A DNA stretch of 52,466 bases from a virus (taxonomy: Duplodnaviria; Caudoviricetes), in the IMG/VR virus record IMGVR_UViG_3300021976_000020, positions 1 through 52,466 of that record. One strand, given 5' to 3'. This document shows positions 1-8,218 of this stretch, piece after piece. The first letter of the stretch is position 1; every line of letters begins with the position of its first letter. Position numbers and translations under genes: made by a program. The notes under the pieces were generated by a model that saw nothing but the letters and a program-made list of their open reading frames with translations, searched no databases and was not told the DNA's origin.

Positions 1-51
1 GGCGTCTTCGCCTCGCGCCTGCCGCTACATGAAGGGGTCGTGGTACAGTAA
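1..51 (+). CDS. queD: probable C-terminal end of QueD (wraps from window end)
   Basis: Frame 1 reads GVFASRLPLHEGVVVQ* and its TAA overlaps the next ATG (TAATG). It continues the open queD frame at 52466 if the terminal G is a 1-nt overlap. Confidence 0.6.
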   Translation, partial: GVFASRLPLHEGVVVQ

Positions 52-242
52 TGCCGGCTCAGACACCGATCAAGTGCTTTAGGTACCTGCCAGGAATATT
101 CTTTGTGCAGGACTTCGCCAATCACGTAATGCCGTACCTCACCGTATTCGACGAGTCGACGATGGAAGTTGTCAAGAAGCTCCTGGCCGACCATCACAAG
201 CGTCCCGTCCTGGCATGGGACGAGGAGTACACGGATGCTTAG
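51..242 (+). CDS. hypothetical protein
   Basis: Tightly coupled ORF between queD end and queE. Confidence 0.6.
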   Translation: MPAQTPIKCFRYLPGIFFVQDFANHVMPYLTVFDESTMEVVKKLLADHHKRPVLAWDEEYTDA

Positions 243-951
243 AGTCCTCGAGGTGTACGCATCCTTTCAAGGAGAAGGCCCGAATACGGGTAAGCCGACC
301 GTCTTCGTTCGGTTTGCTGGCTGCAACCTCAAGTGTCCACTGTGGCCTTGCGACACGCAACACGCCATCGATCCTAAGCAGTACAGGAAGGAGCAGATGT
401 TCGTCACAGCTGATACCCTGTACAGAGAAGCTGCAGCATTCGACATCAGAAACATCTGCGTTACAGGAGGTGAGCCCTTCCTCCAAGATGGACCATCGCT
501 AGCCATGTTCGTAAACCTTCTACGCATGGGTAGTCACACTGTCGAGGTGTTCACGAACGGGACGCTAGAAAGGTCGCAGCAGGCTGGCGAAACCTTCCGC
601 GGCTTCACCACCTTCGTGGTGGACTGGAAGCTGCCCGGCAGCGGAGAGCACAAGGAACCTCTCGACGTGAACTGGAAGAACCTCAACAACCAGAGCGCCA
701 TCAAGTTCACTATTCGAACCGTGGCAGATTTCAAAAGGGCAGTGAGCATCTGGAACGAGAAGATCCATCCATTCTACACTGCTAACGGGATACGCCATGC
801 AAGTGCCCCTGTGGTGTACTGTGGAGTGGTATGGGGAGGTGAGTTAAACACGGAGCAACTCGCCCAGTTGATCCTGAACGCGAAGCTTCCATGGAGACTC
901 AACGTTCAGGTTCACAAGTTCATATGGGACCCCAACGAGCGGGGAGTGTAA
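235..951 (+). CDS. queE: 7-carboxy-7-deazaguanine synthase (radical SAM)
   Basis: EVYASFQGEG, VFVRFAGCNLKCPLWPCDT, CVTGGEP, FTNGT, WRLNVQVHK motifs; ATG at 235 with GAGGAG RBS. Confidence 0.93.
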   Translation: MLRVLEVYASFQGEGPNTGKPTVFVRFAGCNLKCPLWPCDTQHAIDPKQYRKEQMFVTADTLYREAAAFDIRNICVTGGEPFLQDGPSLAMFVNLLRMGSHTVEVFTNGTLERSQQAGETFRGFTTFVVDWKLPGSGEHKEPLDVNWKNLNNQSAIKFTIRTVADFKRAVSIWNEKIHPFYTANGIRHASAPVVYCGVVWGGELNTEQLAQLILNAKLPWRLNVQVHKFIWDPNERGV

Positions 952-1560
952 ATGGTATACGTTCCCAAAGTCGAACCGATCCCCGACCTGTTGCTTGATG
1001 AACACGAAGTGCAGCTACGTGACATCCTGCAAGAGTACGCAGGCCTCGAAGACGACGAGCACGGCAAGGACACTCCCGCAAGGTACCTCAAGGCCCTCGA
1101 TGAGATGACGGCCTGCAAGAATGATTCAGACGCACACATGGAGAGCTGCATCAAGTGGAAGACGTTCGACAGTCCCTCGGACGAAATGGTAACGCAGACG
1201 GGGATCACGTTCACGAGCCTATGCAATCATCACCTAGTTCCGTTTATCGGAGTCGCGCACATCGCGTACGTACCCAACGGCCGTATCGTTGGCTTGAGCA
1301 AGCTCGCGAGGGTTACGCGTCACTTCGCCAAGCAGTTGCAGGTTCAGGAGGAGCTGACAGCGGACATAGCGAACTTCATCCAGGCCTGCTTGAAGCCGAC
1401 GGGTCTAGCAGTAGTGCTGGAAGCGGAACATATGTGCATGACGATACGTGGCGTCCAAGCACCTGGAAGCAAGACGACAACAAGCAAGATGCTGGGAGTT
1501 TTCGCCGACCACACTCGCACCGCAAAAGCCGAGTTCCAGGCTATTCTCGCCAGACTCTGA
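952..1560 (+). CDS. folE: GTP cyclohydrolase I
   Basis: TPARY, SLCNHHLVPFIG, VGLSKLAR, QVQEELT, HMCMTIRGV motifs. Confidence 0.96.
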   Translation: MVYVPKVEPIPDLLLDEHEVQLRDILQEYAGLEDDEHGKDTPARYLKALDEMTACKNDSDAHMESCIKWKTFDSPSDEMVTQTGITFTSLCNHHLVPFIGVAHIAYVPNGRIVGLSKLARVTRHFAKQLQVQEELTADIANFIQACLKPTGLAVVLEAEHMCMTIRGVQAPGSKTTTSKMLGVFADHTRTAKAEFQAILARL

Positions 1561-1661
1561 ACGACTGGATCACTATCTGCATCGGTTTCGGAATGATGAT
1601 GCTGGGCATTCTTATCGGCTACTTCTTACGAATGGTGGTGGAAGCAAGTGGACTTGGGTGA
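1557..1661 (+). CDS. small membrane protein (start uncertain: CTG 1557 or ATG 1593)
   Basis: Hydrophobic stretch WITICIGFGMMMLGILIGYFL fills the folE-MazG gap. Confidence 0.45.
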   Translation: MNDWITICIGFGMMMLGILIGYFLRMVVEASGLG

Positions 1662-1998
1662 CACGATCCAGGAGTGCGTCGAGGATAGTGCTCGATGGTT
1701 CCCAGGCAAACAACAGTTGCCTTTCCTAGTGCTGGCGCTAGCTGGAGAGGTTGGTGAGGTGGCTAATGTCGTCAAGAAGATCGAACGAGGTAGTCACCAG
1801 CTGGATGAGGGACTGACCTTCGACCTGGCCATGGAGATCGTCGACGCTCTGACGTATCTGAGCGTCATCATGGGCCACCCCACCTTCTCCAAGATCGACT
1901 GGGACGAGATGTATCGGATCAAGCGTGCGTACAACGAAAGCCGCTTCGGTCCTCCTTGCGAGGAGTTCAGTGGAGGCATCATCGGGAACAAGATCTGA
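1648..1998 (+). CDS. MazG-like nucleotide pyrophosphohydrolase
   Basis: LAGEVGEVANVVKKIERG...MEIVDALTYL...KRAYNESRF all-alpha NTP-PPase pattern. Confidence 0.85.
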   Translation: MDLGDTIQECVEDSARWFPGKQQLPFLVLALAGEVGEVANVVKKIERGSHQLDEGLTFDLAMEIVDALTYLSVIMGHPTFSKIDWDEMYRIKRAYNESRFGPPCEEFSGGIIGNKI

Positions 1999-2324
1999 TG
2001 GGACAACCTATTGTCCCAGGAAACGTCGACAACCTGATCGAGACGGCTAATACAGCCTTCGAGCAGGACTGCTTCGATCGTCATGCGATGGGCGAGAAGA
2101 AGTACGGAGACGGCACCTTTCTGGATAAGGATACTATCCGGATGGCCATGGATGAAGCTATCGACATAGCCAACTACATGCGCTATACCTACGTTAAGCT
2201 CTTCCTGATGCGCGAAGGCGTCATGAACTGGGAAGGCGACGGCGTAGCCAAACCTCGTGAGGGCATGGAGAACATGGGTAAGAACGCCGTGTTCCTCCCG
2301 ATGCAAAGGAGACCGCGGGAATGA
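1998..2324 (+). CDS. second all-alpha NTP pyrophosphatase-like protein
   Basis: RHAMGEKKYG...AMDEAIDIANY resembles dATP/dGTP diphosphohydrolase-like proteins; ATG overlaps upstream TGA. Confidence 0.55.
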   Translation: MGQPIVPGNVDNLIETANTAFEQDCFDRHAMGEKKYGDGTFLDKDTIRMAMDEAIDIANYMRYTYVKLFLMREGVMNWEGDGVAKPREGMENMGKNAVFLPMQRRPRE

Positions 2325-2779
2325 AGGAAGAGCTCTTCTGGGCTCACGTAGAGAGACGCAGCAACGGCTGTTGGATCTGGATGGGTGCTAAGCGTGCTGG
2401 CTACGGAGGCTTTGGACAAGAACTTGCGCACGTCTGGGCCTATAAACACTTCATCGGACCAATCCCAGAAGGATTTCAAGTCGACCACACGTGTCACAAC
2501 GGCGACCCCCACTGCCCGGGCGGTAAGCTTTGCTATCATCAGCCGTGCGTAAACTTTGAGGAGCATCTGGAGGCAGTAGCGCCTCTAGTGAACCAACTTA
2601 GAGGTCACGGTAATCAATACAAGAGCATCGCCTACTGCAAACATAGACACGAATTCACAGAAGAAAATACATACAGGTTCGGACCCGATAAGAAGTGGCG
2701 AGGATGCAAGACTTGTCGCTACGCGCGTCGACAGGGTAAGGATCCTGCGACCTATGTTAGGAGTACACCATCAAGGTAG
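2321..2779 (+). CDS. free-standing HNH endonuclease
   Basis: CWIWMGA, GYG, AHVWAY..FIGPIPEG.QVDHTC...CVN..HLEAV...N, and C-terminal CKHRHEFTEENTY...CKTC zinc module. Confidence 0.9.
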   Translation: MKEELFWAHVERRSNGCWIWMGAKRAGYGGFGQELAHVWAYKHFIGPIPEGFQVDHTCHNGDPHCPGGKLCYHQPCVNFEEHLEAVAPLVNQLRGHGNQYKSIAYCKHRHEFTEENTYRFGPDKKWRGCKTCRYARRQGKDPATYVRSTPSR

Positions 2780-3528
2780 CACTGATCCCCCCGAAGGGCT
2801 GGGAAGACTGGGCACTGCAAGGTGATCTCCAGCTTGCCCTTGCCCAACTACCACCTGGTGGCCAGCACTCCAAGGTCTACACGGAAGCCTACACTCGTGG
2901 TGACTACGTCATCGTCGACAACGGTGCAAACGAAGGTGATGCGGTTGGCGACTACAAGCTCCTCGCACAAGCACATCTGTGGTGCGCTCAGGAGATCGTA
3001 GTGCCTGATGTGCTTCGTGATACTGCTGCAACGCTCCACCGAGCCAAGAAGTTCTTCATCAACCTGCGCGACTCTACGTACAACAAGCACGGCTTCACCT
3101 TCATGGGTGTCGTGCAGGGTACGTCATGGGAAGAGCTTATGACGTGCATTAAGTCCTACGAAGCAATGGACGAGATTACAGTACTCGGGATCCCTCGTCA
3201 TCTGATTCAGACCATGGAACAGAAGTTCGTACGGCTCATGTTGGCACAGAACATCGAAGCCAACTACGGTAGAAGGTTTCAGATCCATCTACTGGGCACT
3301 GCTCCGACGTTCGTACGTGAGTGCCGGACCGTATACGCAGATGCACCGTTCATCCGATCCATCGACACCTCGCTACCGTTCAATTATACCATCGCCGGAG
3401 AGGTTTTGCAAGTCGGCTCTCCACCCGTCGGCCGACCTCCTAACTACTTCGAACGTATTCAATCGATGGACAGTGTACGGTTGGCGAGGAATGCATCAAC
3501 GTTCCTAAGGTGGGCGCGTGGAGAATAA
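2770..3528 (+). CDS. dpdA: DpdA-like / TGT-fold guanine transglycosylase (apparent ATC start)
   Basis: Frame is open from 2761: IKVALIPP...VIVDNGANEG...EIVVPDVL...MGVVQG...IHLLG...IRSIDTS. These are TGT-like catalytic motifs, in a preQ0 gene context. The ORF track truncates it to 3001. Confidence 0.7.
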   Translation: MKVALIPPKGWEDWALQGDLQLALAQLPPGGQHSKVYTEAYTRGDYVIVDNGANEGDAVGDYKLLAQAHLWCAQEIVVPDVLRDTAATLHRAKKFFINLRDSTYNKHGFTFMGVVQGTSWEELMTCIKSYEAMDEITVLGIPRHLIQTMEQKFVRLMLAQNIEANYGRRFQIHLLGTAPTFVRECRTVYADAPFIRSIDTSLPFNYTIAGEVLQVGSPPVGRPPNYFERIQSMDSVRLARNASTFLRWARGE

Positions 3529-5917
3529 GCATCCACTAGCTGACTGTGCTCACTGCCCTTTGGCAGACGAGCCGTACGTACCTAGTCTGATCCCTCTTGG
3601 TGAGGCTAGGCTCGCAGTCGTGGGTGAAGCGCCAGGATTTCACGAGTCAGTCCGGAAGGAGCCCTTCAAGGGCCCTTCCGGACAACTCCTGGACAAGGTG
3701 CTCAATCATCACGGCTTCAAACGAAGTGAGGTGTTATACACCAATGTTGTTGCGTGCCGCCCTCCTGATAACGCGAATCCTCCTAAGGCGGCGATTACTG
3801 CTTGTCGCCAGCGTCTCCTGGGGGAGCTCGGGGGAAGTGGAGCTGGAGATGTCGTCGCGCTCGGAGGGACAGCAACTAACGCTCTCGTGGACGATCCGCG
3901 GACTATCACTAGCCTTCGAGTCGGCCCACCTAAGCGACCGACCTCAGCACTACGCGGTAGTTCTGTTCAAAGAGTTATCCCGACGTGGCACCCTGCTTAC
4001 TGCCTACGAAATGCAGATGCGTTTCCTACCCTAGTCGACGACATCGAGAAGGTTACTCGTCACGGCTTCTCAACCTGGAAAGAGCCAGACTGGAAGTACT
4101 TCGACGAGGTTCCACTAGCCCTCCAGGCTCTGAACGCTCTGATCGAGTGGCAGGACCAGAAACAACGCTACGAACTGGTAGTGGACATCGAGGTTGGTAT
4201 CGAGAAGGATACCGCCTTCGACCACCCCAACCACTACCAGATGCTCTGTATCGGTCTTGCCTATACTAAAGGCAAGGCGATCGTAATCGGGGAAGAGGCG
4301 GTCAAGGATAAGAGTGTCATTGCACTGTTGGACAAGCTTCTCCGACGCTCGAAGCTAATCGCACAGAACGGCAAGTTCGACCTGGCAGGACTGTATCCAC
4401 TCATCCCGAGGCTGGAGCTATGGTTCGATACGATGTTGGGGCACTATGTGCTGGATGAACGTCCTGGAGGACATGGACTTAAGGTCATGGCCATTGAGCG
4501 GCTTGGAGCACCGGCGTATGACGACGCTATCAAGCAGTTCGTTCCTCGCGGAGGAAACTACGCCAATATTCCACGTGAGATCCTCTACAAGTACAATGCG
4601 TACGACGTTGCGTGCACTTGGGACCTCTTCGAAGAGTTCGTACCCCTACTCGATGCTCCCATTACTGACTGGCCGTACGAAGACCAGCCAGTACGAACGC
4701 TCCGAGACGTTCACGACTTCTTGGTTGAAGCCTCCAACCAGATAATGTACCTGGAGCTTAACGGTATCACGATCGACCGTGAGTACAGCAATCAGCTGCA
4801 GGAGGACTACCTCCAAGAGCTCGCAGCCATCGAACTTGAGATCGACAACATCGTCCTACAGAGCACACAGAAGTTTGACACGCCTATCAGTCAGATCAAT
4901 CCCCGCTCCCCCAAGCAGGTGTCAAACTACCTCGAATCGCAAGGAGTCAGAGTTGCCTCAACCAACAAGGAAACGCTCGCTGGAATCCTTGAGCGAACTC
5001 GAGACGGCGTTCCGGTCCACGAGTTCGTGTCGACGCTGCTGGACCATCGCAGGCGGCAGAAACTATACGGTACGTATATCAAGGGCATTAGGAATCGACT
5101 CTATAGGGGGCGGGTGTACACAACGTACATGCTCCACGGTACGACTTCCGGGCGGCTCGCTTCGCGTAATCCGAACCTGCAAAACATCGTACGTGATAAG
5201 GCAATCCGAAAGCAGTTTGCTGTTTCGAAGCCCGAGAACGTACTGATCCAGGCCGACTACAAACAGGCTGAAGGCCGTGTCATCACCTATCTTGCACAGG
5301 ACGAGTACCTCCGTTCCATCTTCTGTGATCCAACTCGTGACCTCTTTGACGAGCTCAGCAACCAACTCTATGGAGTCGACAACTGGCGCAAGGAAGTCGA
5401 GAGGGTTAGGACGAAGGCTTTCTTCTATGGCCTTAGCTATGGTCGTGAAGCTCTTAGCATCGCACTTGAGTTCAAGATGCCATTGTCAGAAGCCACCAGC
5501 ACAATGCGTACGTTCATGGACCTTATTCCTGCTACAACAAAGTGGCAAAGTCAGGTACGGCGTCGGGTCCTTGACGGGAAAGAGCTGGTTACACCTTTCG
5601 GAAGGCGACGACGCTTCTCTCTGATCACTGATCAGAACAAGAAGGATGTGCTCAATGAAGCATTGTCCTATCTGCCGCAGTCCACTGCTTCCGACATCTG
5701 CCTCAGTGCCCTTATCCGTTTGCGACCCTTGCTGCGTGGTATGGCATTCATCCGACTTACGATTCACGACGCTCTTGTTGTCGAGTGCGCGAAACAGCGG
5801 CAAGACGAAGTATCTGAACTACTCGCTAAAGTCATGGTCGAAGTCGGGCGGGAGTTCACCGAGTACGTGCCATTTGACGTTGACCTAAGTTCTGGACCTA
5901 GTTGGGGGTCATTGTGA
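3518..5917 (+). CDS. polA: family A DNA polymerase with N-terminal family-4 uracil-DNA-glycosylase-like domain (SPO1-type) and 3'-5' exonuclease
   Basis: UDG4: CAHCPL, VGEAPG, PFKGPSG, TNVVACRPP, HPAY. Exonuclease: DIE, QNGKFDL, YNAYD. Polymerase: TSGRLAS.NPNLQN, ADYKQAEGR, KAFFYGLSYG, IHDAL. Confidence 0.95.
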   Translation: MENKHPLADCAHCPLADEPYVPSLIPLGEARLAVVGEAPGFHESVRKEPFKGPSGQLLDKVLNHHGFKRSEVLYTNVVACRPPDNANPPKAAITACRQRLLGELGGSGAGDVVALGGTATNALVDDPRTITSLRVGPPKRPTSALRGSSVQRVIPTWHPAYCLRNADAFPTLVDDIEKVTRHGFSTWKEPDWKYFDEVPLALQALNALIEWQDQKQRYELVVDIEVGIEKDTAFDHPNHYQMLCIGLAYTKGKAIVIGEEAVKDKSVIALLDKLLRRSKLIAQNGKFDLAGLYPLIPRLELWFDTMLGHYVLDERPGGHGLKVMAIERLGAPAYDDAIKQFVPRGGNYANIPREILYKYNAYDVACTWDLFEEFVPLLDAPITDWPYEDQPVRTLRDVHDFLVEASNQIMYLELNGITIDREYSNQLQEDYLQELAAIELEIDNIVLQSTQKFDTPISQINPRSPKQVSNYLESQGVRVASTNKETLAGILERTRDGVPVHEFVSTLLDHRRRQKLYGTYIKGIRNRLYRGRVYTTYMLHGTTSGRLASRNPNLQNIVRDKAIRKQFAVSKPENVLIQADYKQAEGRVITYLAQDEYLRSIFCDPTRDLFDELSNQLYGVDNWRKEVERVRTKAFFYGLSYGREALSIALEFKMPLSEATSTMRTFMDLIPATTKWQSQVRRRVLDGKELVTPFGRRRRFSLITDQNKKDVLNEALSYLPQSTASDICLSALIRLRPLLRGMAFIRLTIHDALVVECAKQRQDEVSELLAKVMVEVGREFTEYVPFDVDLSSGPSWGSL

Positions 5918-6120
5918 TCATCTTCCCTGTCCTTCTCATCATCGCCGGTGTGCTACTGGCTGTCGAGACCTACTACTCGACAATCCCTGCAAGTCGTACA
6001 GGTGGAGGGCACAGGTACGGCGGACGTACGTACGACAACCAGCGCACGTGTTACGTGTACAACATCAAGGCTGTCGCTGACCGCCTCGAGTACTTCAAGT
6101 CAGGAAGGATCACCTCATGA
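5914..6120 (+). CDS. small membrane protein
   Basis: N-terminal hydrophobic helix; GTGA overlap with pol stop. Confidence 0.55.
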   Translation: MIIFPVLLIIAGVLLAVETYYSTIPASRTGGGHRYGGRTYDNQRTCYVYNIKAVADRLEYFKSGRITS

Positions 6121-6344
6121 GAGTTCGACTCACGGCCGATGACCTCATCCAGATCGCATCAGCAGTATCCAAGATCGAGCAGCTGAAGGTACACATCAGT
6201 CAGTTCGAGAGCAACCAACACGTCGTGGACCTCGAATGGACTAACGACCAGCGAGATGGTACGAGCGTCTCCGTTGTCGGTATCACAGCAAAGCGAGACT
6301 ATCACAAGCAGGCCATGCGAGGCGAACCAGTTCCTGGGAGGTAG
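6117..6344 (+). CDS. hypothetical protein
   Basis: ATGA-coupled ORF. Confidence 0.65.
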   Translation: MRVRLTADDLIQIASAVSKIEQLKVHISQFESNQHVVDLEWTNDQRDGTSVSVVGITAKRDYHKQAMRGEPVPGR

Positions 6345-6345
6345 A

Positions 6346-6669
6346 GTGCCAAGAGGTCAGATCGCAAATATCGGCGACACGATGGTCAACGCTCTTGGCT
6401 ATCACAATACTCGTGTCGCTACTGGCTGGAGGCTCACGCATCACCTCGTTGCCGAGCAGATACTCCAGCGACCGCTTACAGCTAACGATACTGTAAGGTT
6501 CAAGGATGGTAACCGGACCAACTTGGAGCCAGACAACATCGAAGTCCTGAAGAAGCATACAGGATCGCTGAGGAGGAGGAAGGCGATCCTGGAGGCTAAG
6601 ATCGAGGATCTGCAGGCGCAGCTAGACGAAGTGAACAAGGAGATCGCAGAGCGTGGACAACGTAGCTAA
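6346..6669 (+). CDS. HNH-fold protein with C-terminal coiled coil (catalytic His apparently lost)
   Basis: HHLVAEQILQRPL..DTVRFKDGNRTNLEPDNIEV; GGAGG RBS before GTG 6346. Confidence 0.7.
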   Translation: MPRGQIANIGDTMVNALGYHNTRVATGWRLTHHLVAEQILQRPLTANDTVRFKDGNRTNLEPDNIEVLKKHTGSLRRRKAILEAKIEDLQAQLDEVNKEIAERGQRS

Positions 6670-6851
6670 GGGCTCCGACAAGGACTACTGCTCCTCGTCA
6701 GCCCCCGACGAGCCGGGACATGTAATGGCTACGCACATGCGAGGAGGCGCACTAGCTTCTGTACGGCGGTGTATGCTATGTGGGGTGGATCGACTTCGAC
6801 GATCTCGATAACCAGATCAAGTCTTTGATCGAGAAAGCTCTCAAGCGTTAG
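6653..6851 (+). pseudogene. small Cys-containing gene with apparent 1-nt frameshift in GGGG (6782-6785)
   Basis: MDNVAKG...RRCMLCG continues as WIDFDDLDNQIKSLIEKALKR* in the +1 frame. Confidence 0.4.
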
Positions 6852-6875
6852 GGCTGGGAGTAGTAGGGAAAGTAG

Positions 6876-6970
6876 AATAGACTGAGTCTAACCTAGTTCT
6901 AACTCGTGACTTTGTGAGGTCTTTACCCTAGGGTAGCTAGAGGATCTTGCGAGTCTAACTACAGTCTAAC
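6876..6970 (+). repeat. dispersed ~95 bp element, copy A
   Basis: Aligns with 28217-28313 (TAGTTCTAACTCG(A)TGACTTTGTG...GAGGATCTTGCG..TCTAACTA.AGTCTA.C) and with the inverted copy at 40155-40251. Confidence 0.85.
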
Positions 6971-6989
6971 CGCTCGTACACTTGGCAGA

Positions 6990-7000
6990 ACTCCACACGG
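6990..7000 (+). promoter_or_regulatory. ACTCCACACGG motif copy
   Basis: Exact 11-mer, one of at least 11 copies. Confidence 0.8.
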
Positions 7001-7016
7001 CGAAGGGACGGTTTAC

Positions 7017-7385
7017 ATGTTAGTTATGGTAAAGGGACGACGCGAGGGAAAGACTACCGCTCTGATTGACTGGCTCTTTCGGGGTAAGTCGATTCCCCAG
7101 TACCCTGGCTGGAACAGGATCATCGTCTGCACTACGCACGCAATGGTAAGGTACACCACTAAAATGGTAGTGGACCGCGTGCGAGAAGAGTCGTTATCTG
7201 ACACCATCGGGGTTGCCGACCTGCGCAAAGCCGTGTGGAGTGTTGCTGAGCTACAGAGCAACATCCGAGGCAGAGGGGAATTGTTTGACTACGCTGTCGA
7301 CAACGTGGATCAGCTGCTCATGCAAATGCTACAGACACACAAGTCCCCAGCTGCGATCACAATCAATGGAGAGCCGTGGGTATGA
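7017..7385 (+). CDS. hypothetical protein with Walker-A-like GRREGKTT
   Basis: P-loop-like motif near N-terminus. Confidence 0.65.
   Translation: MLVMVKGRREGKTTALIDWLFRGKSIPQYPGWNRIIVCTTHAMVRYTTKMVVDRVREESLSDTIGVADLRKAVWSVAELQSNIRGRGELFDYAVDNVDQLLMQMLQTHKSPAAITINGEPWV
7231..7241 (-). promoter_or_regulatory. ACTCCACACGG motif copy (intragenic)
   Basis: CCGTGTGGAGT on + strand. Confidence 0.65.
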
Positions 7386-7885
7386 TCATCGCCATCGATC
7401 CGGGGCCCCATACAGGTATCGCAGCCTACTACCCTCCCCCGAACTTCGGGTGGTACTTCGAGACGTTACTCTTCCTGGAAGGTGTCACACCTGCGAACTG
7501 TGCACATTTGTATGACCTGCTCAACTACAAAGTCCAGCGGGGCGATACGATCGTTCTGGAGAAGTTCGAGTACCAGAAGGAAAAGGCACAGACGCGTGAG
7601 TACCTGAATTACGACGCTTCTGAGTACGTAGGAGTAGTCAAAACGTGGCACGGCATATATGGTAAGGATCGAGGTGCCGGACTGGCCCTACAGTCACCTT
7701 CACAAGCCGTCGGCAAGCATACCGGTGATGATAGGACTTGCTTCTGGGACAACGAGAAGCTCAAGAAGCTCGGACTGTACAAACCTGGCAAACAGTTCAG
7801 GCACGAGATGGATGCTCTACGACACCTGCTGTATCACGTCAGCTTCACCTTGAAGGACAACGAGTTCATCAACCAGCTACGATAA
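7382..7885 (+). CDS. RuvC-like Holliday junction resolvase
   Basis: IIAIDPGPHTGIA, VLEKF, HEMDALRH RNase H-fold motifs. Confidence 0.8.
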   Translation: MIIAIDPGPHTGIAAYYPPPNFGWYFETLLFLEGVTPANCAHLYDLLNYKVQRGDTIVLEKFEYQKEKAQTREYLNYDASEYVGVVKTWHGIYGKDRGAGLALQSPSQAVGKHTGDDRTCFWDNEKLKKLGLYKPGKQFRHEMDALRHLLYHVSFTLKDNEFINQLR

Positions 7886-7891
7886 CAGAAA

Positions 7892-7943
7892 CCTGCCCCG
7901 CTACTCGAGGGACCCAGTGTAGGCTGGGGAGTAGCGGGGCAGG
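7892..7943. terminator. hairpin between convergent transcription units
   Basis: CCTGCCCCGCTACTC / GAGTAGCGGGGCAGG 15-bp inverted repeat. Confidence 0.8.
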
Positions 7944-7948
7944 AGTTT

Positions 7949-8218
7949 CTAGGCGGTCGCAGGCTTCCCTAGCAGCATGCGTGCGAAGTAGGACGTGACG
8001 GACACCAGGACAGTCTTAGCGAGCGATCCAGCTAGGACGATCCAGTACTCCCTGGTCCACTGGATGTCACTGCTGAATGCTACCGTCAGTACCACCACTA
8101 CTGCCGCTCCTACGTCCACCAGGAGTCCCCAAGCGAACGTGCGCACGGCGCGGTTGATCGCGTCCTGTTGTTTGAGGATCGGGTTCTCGGACGGGTGCGG
8201 GGTTACGAGTTTGGACAT
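7949..8218 (-). CDS. holin
   Basis: 89 aa, two TM helices, RAVRTF motif typical of actinophage holins. Confidence 0.7.
   Translation of the reverse strand: MSKLVTPHPSENPILKQQDAINRAVRTFAWGLLVDVGAAVVVVLTVAFSSDIQWTREYWIVLAGSLAKTVLVSVTSYFARMLLGKPATA

Noticed and set aside
2328-2776. Group I intron or intein carrying the HNH
   Set aside because: The whole insert is HNH coding sequence with its own stop. There is no room for a ribozyme core and no intein terminal motifs.
3001-3528. ORF-track start for the TGT-like gene
   Set aside because: It omits the upstream open frame containing the DNG catalytic motif.
1648-5917. Z-genome (2-aminoadenine) system
   Set aside because: No PurZ/adenylosuccinate-synthetase homolog was seen; the context is preQ0 synthesis.
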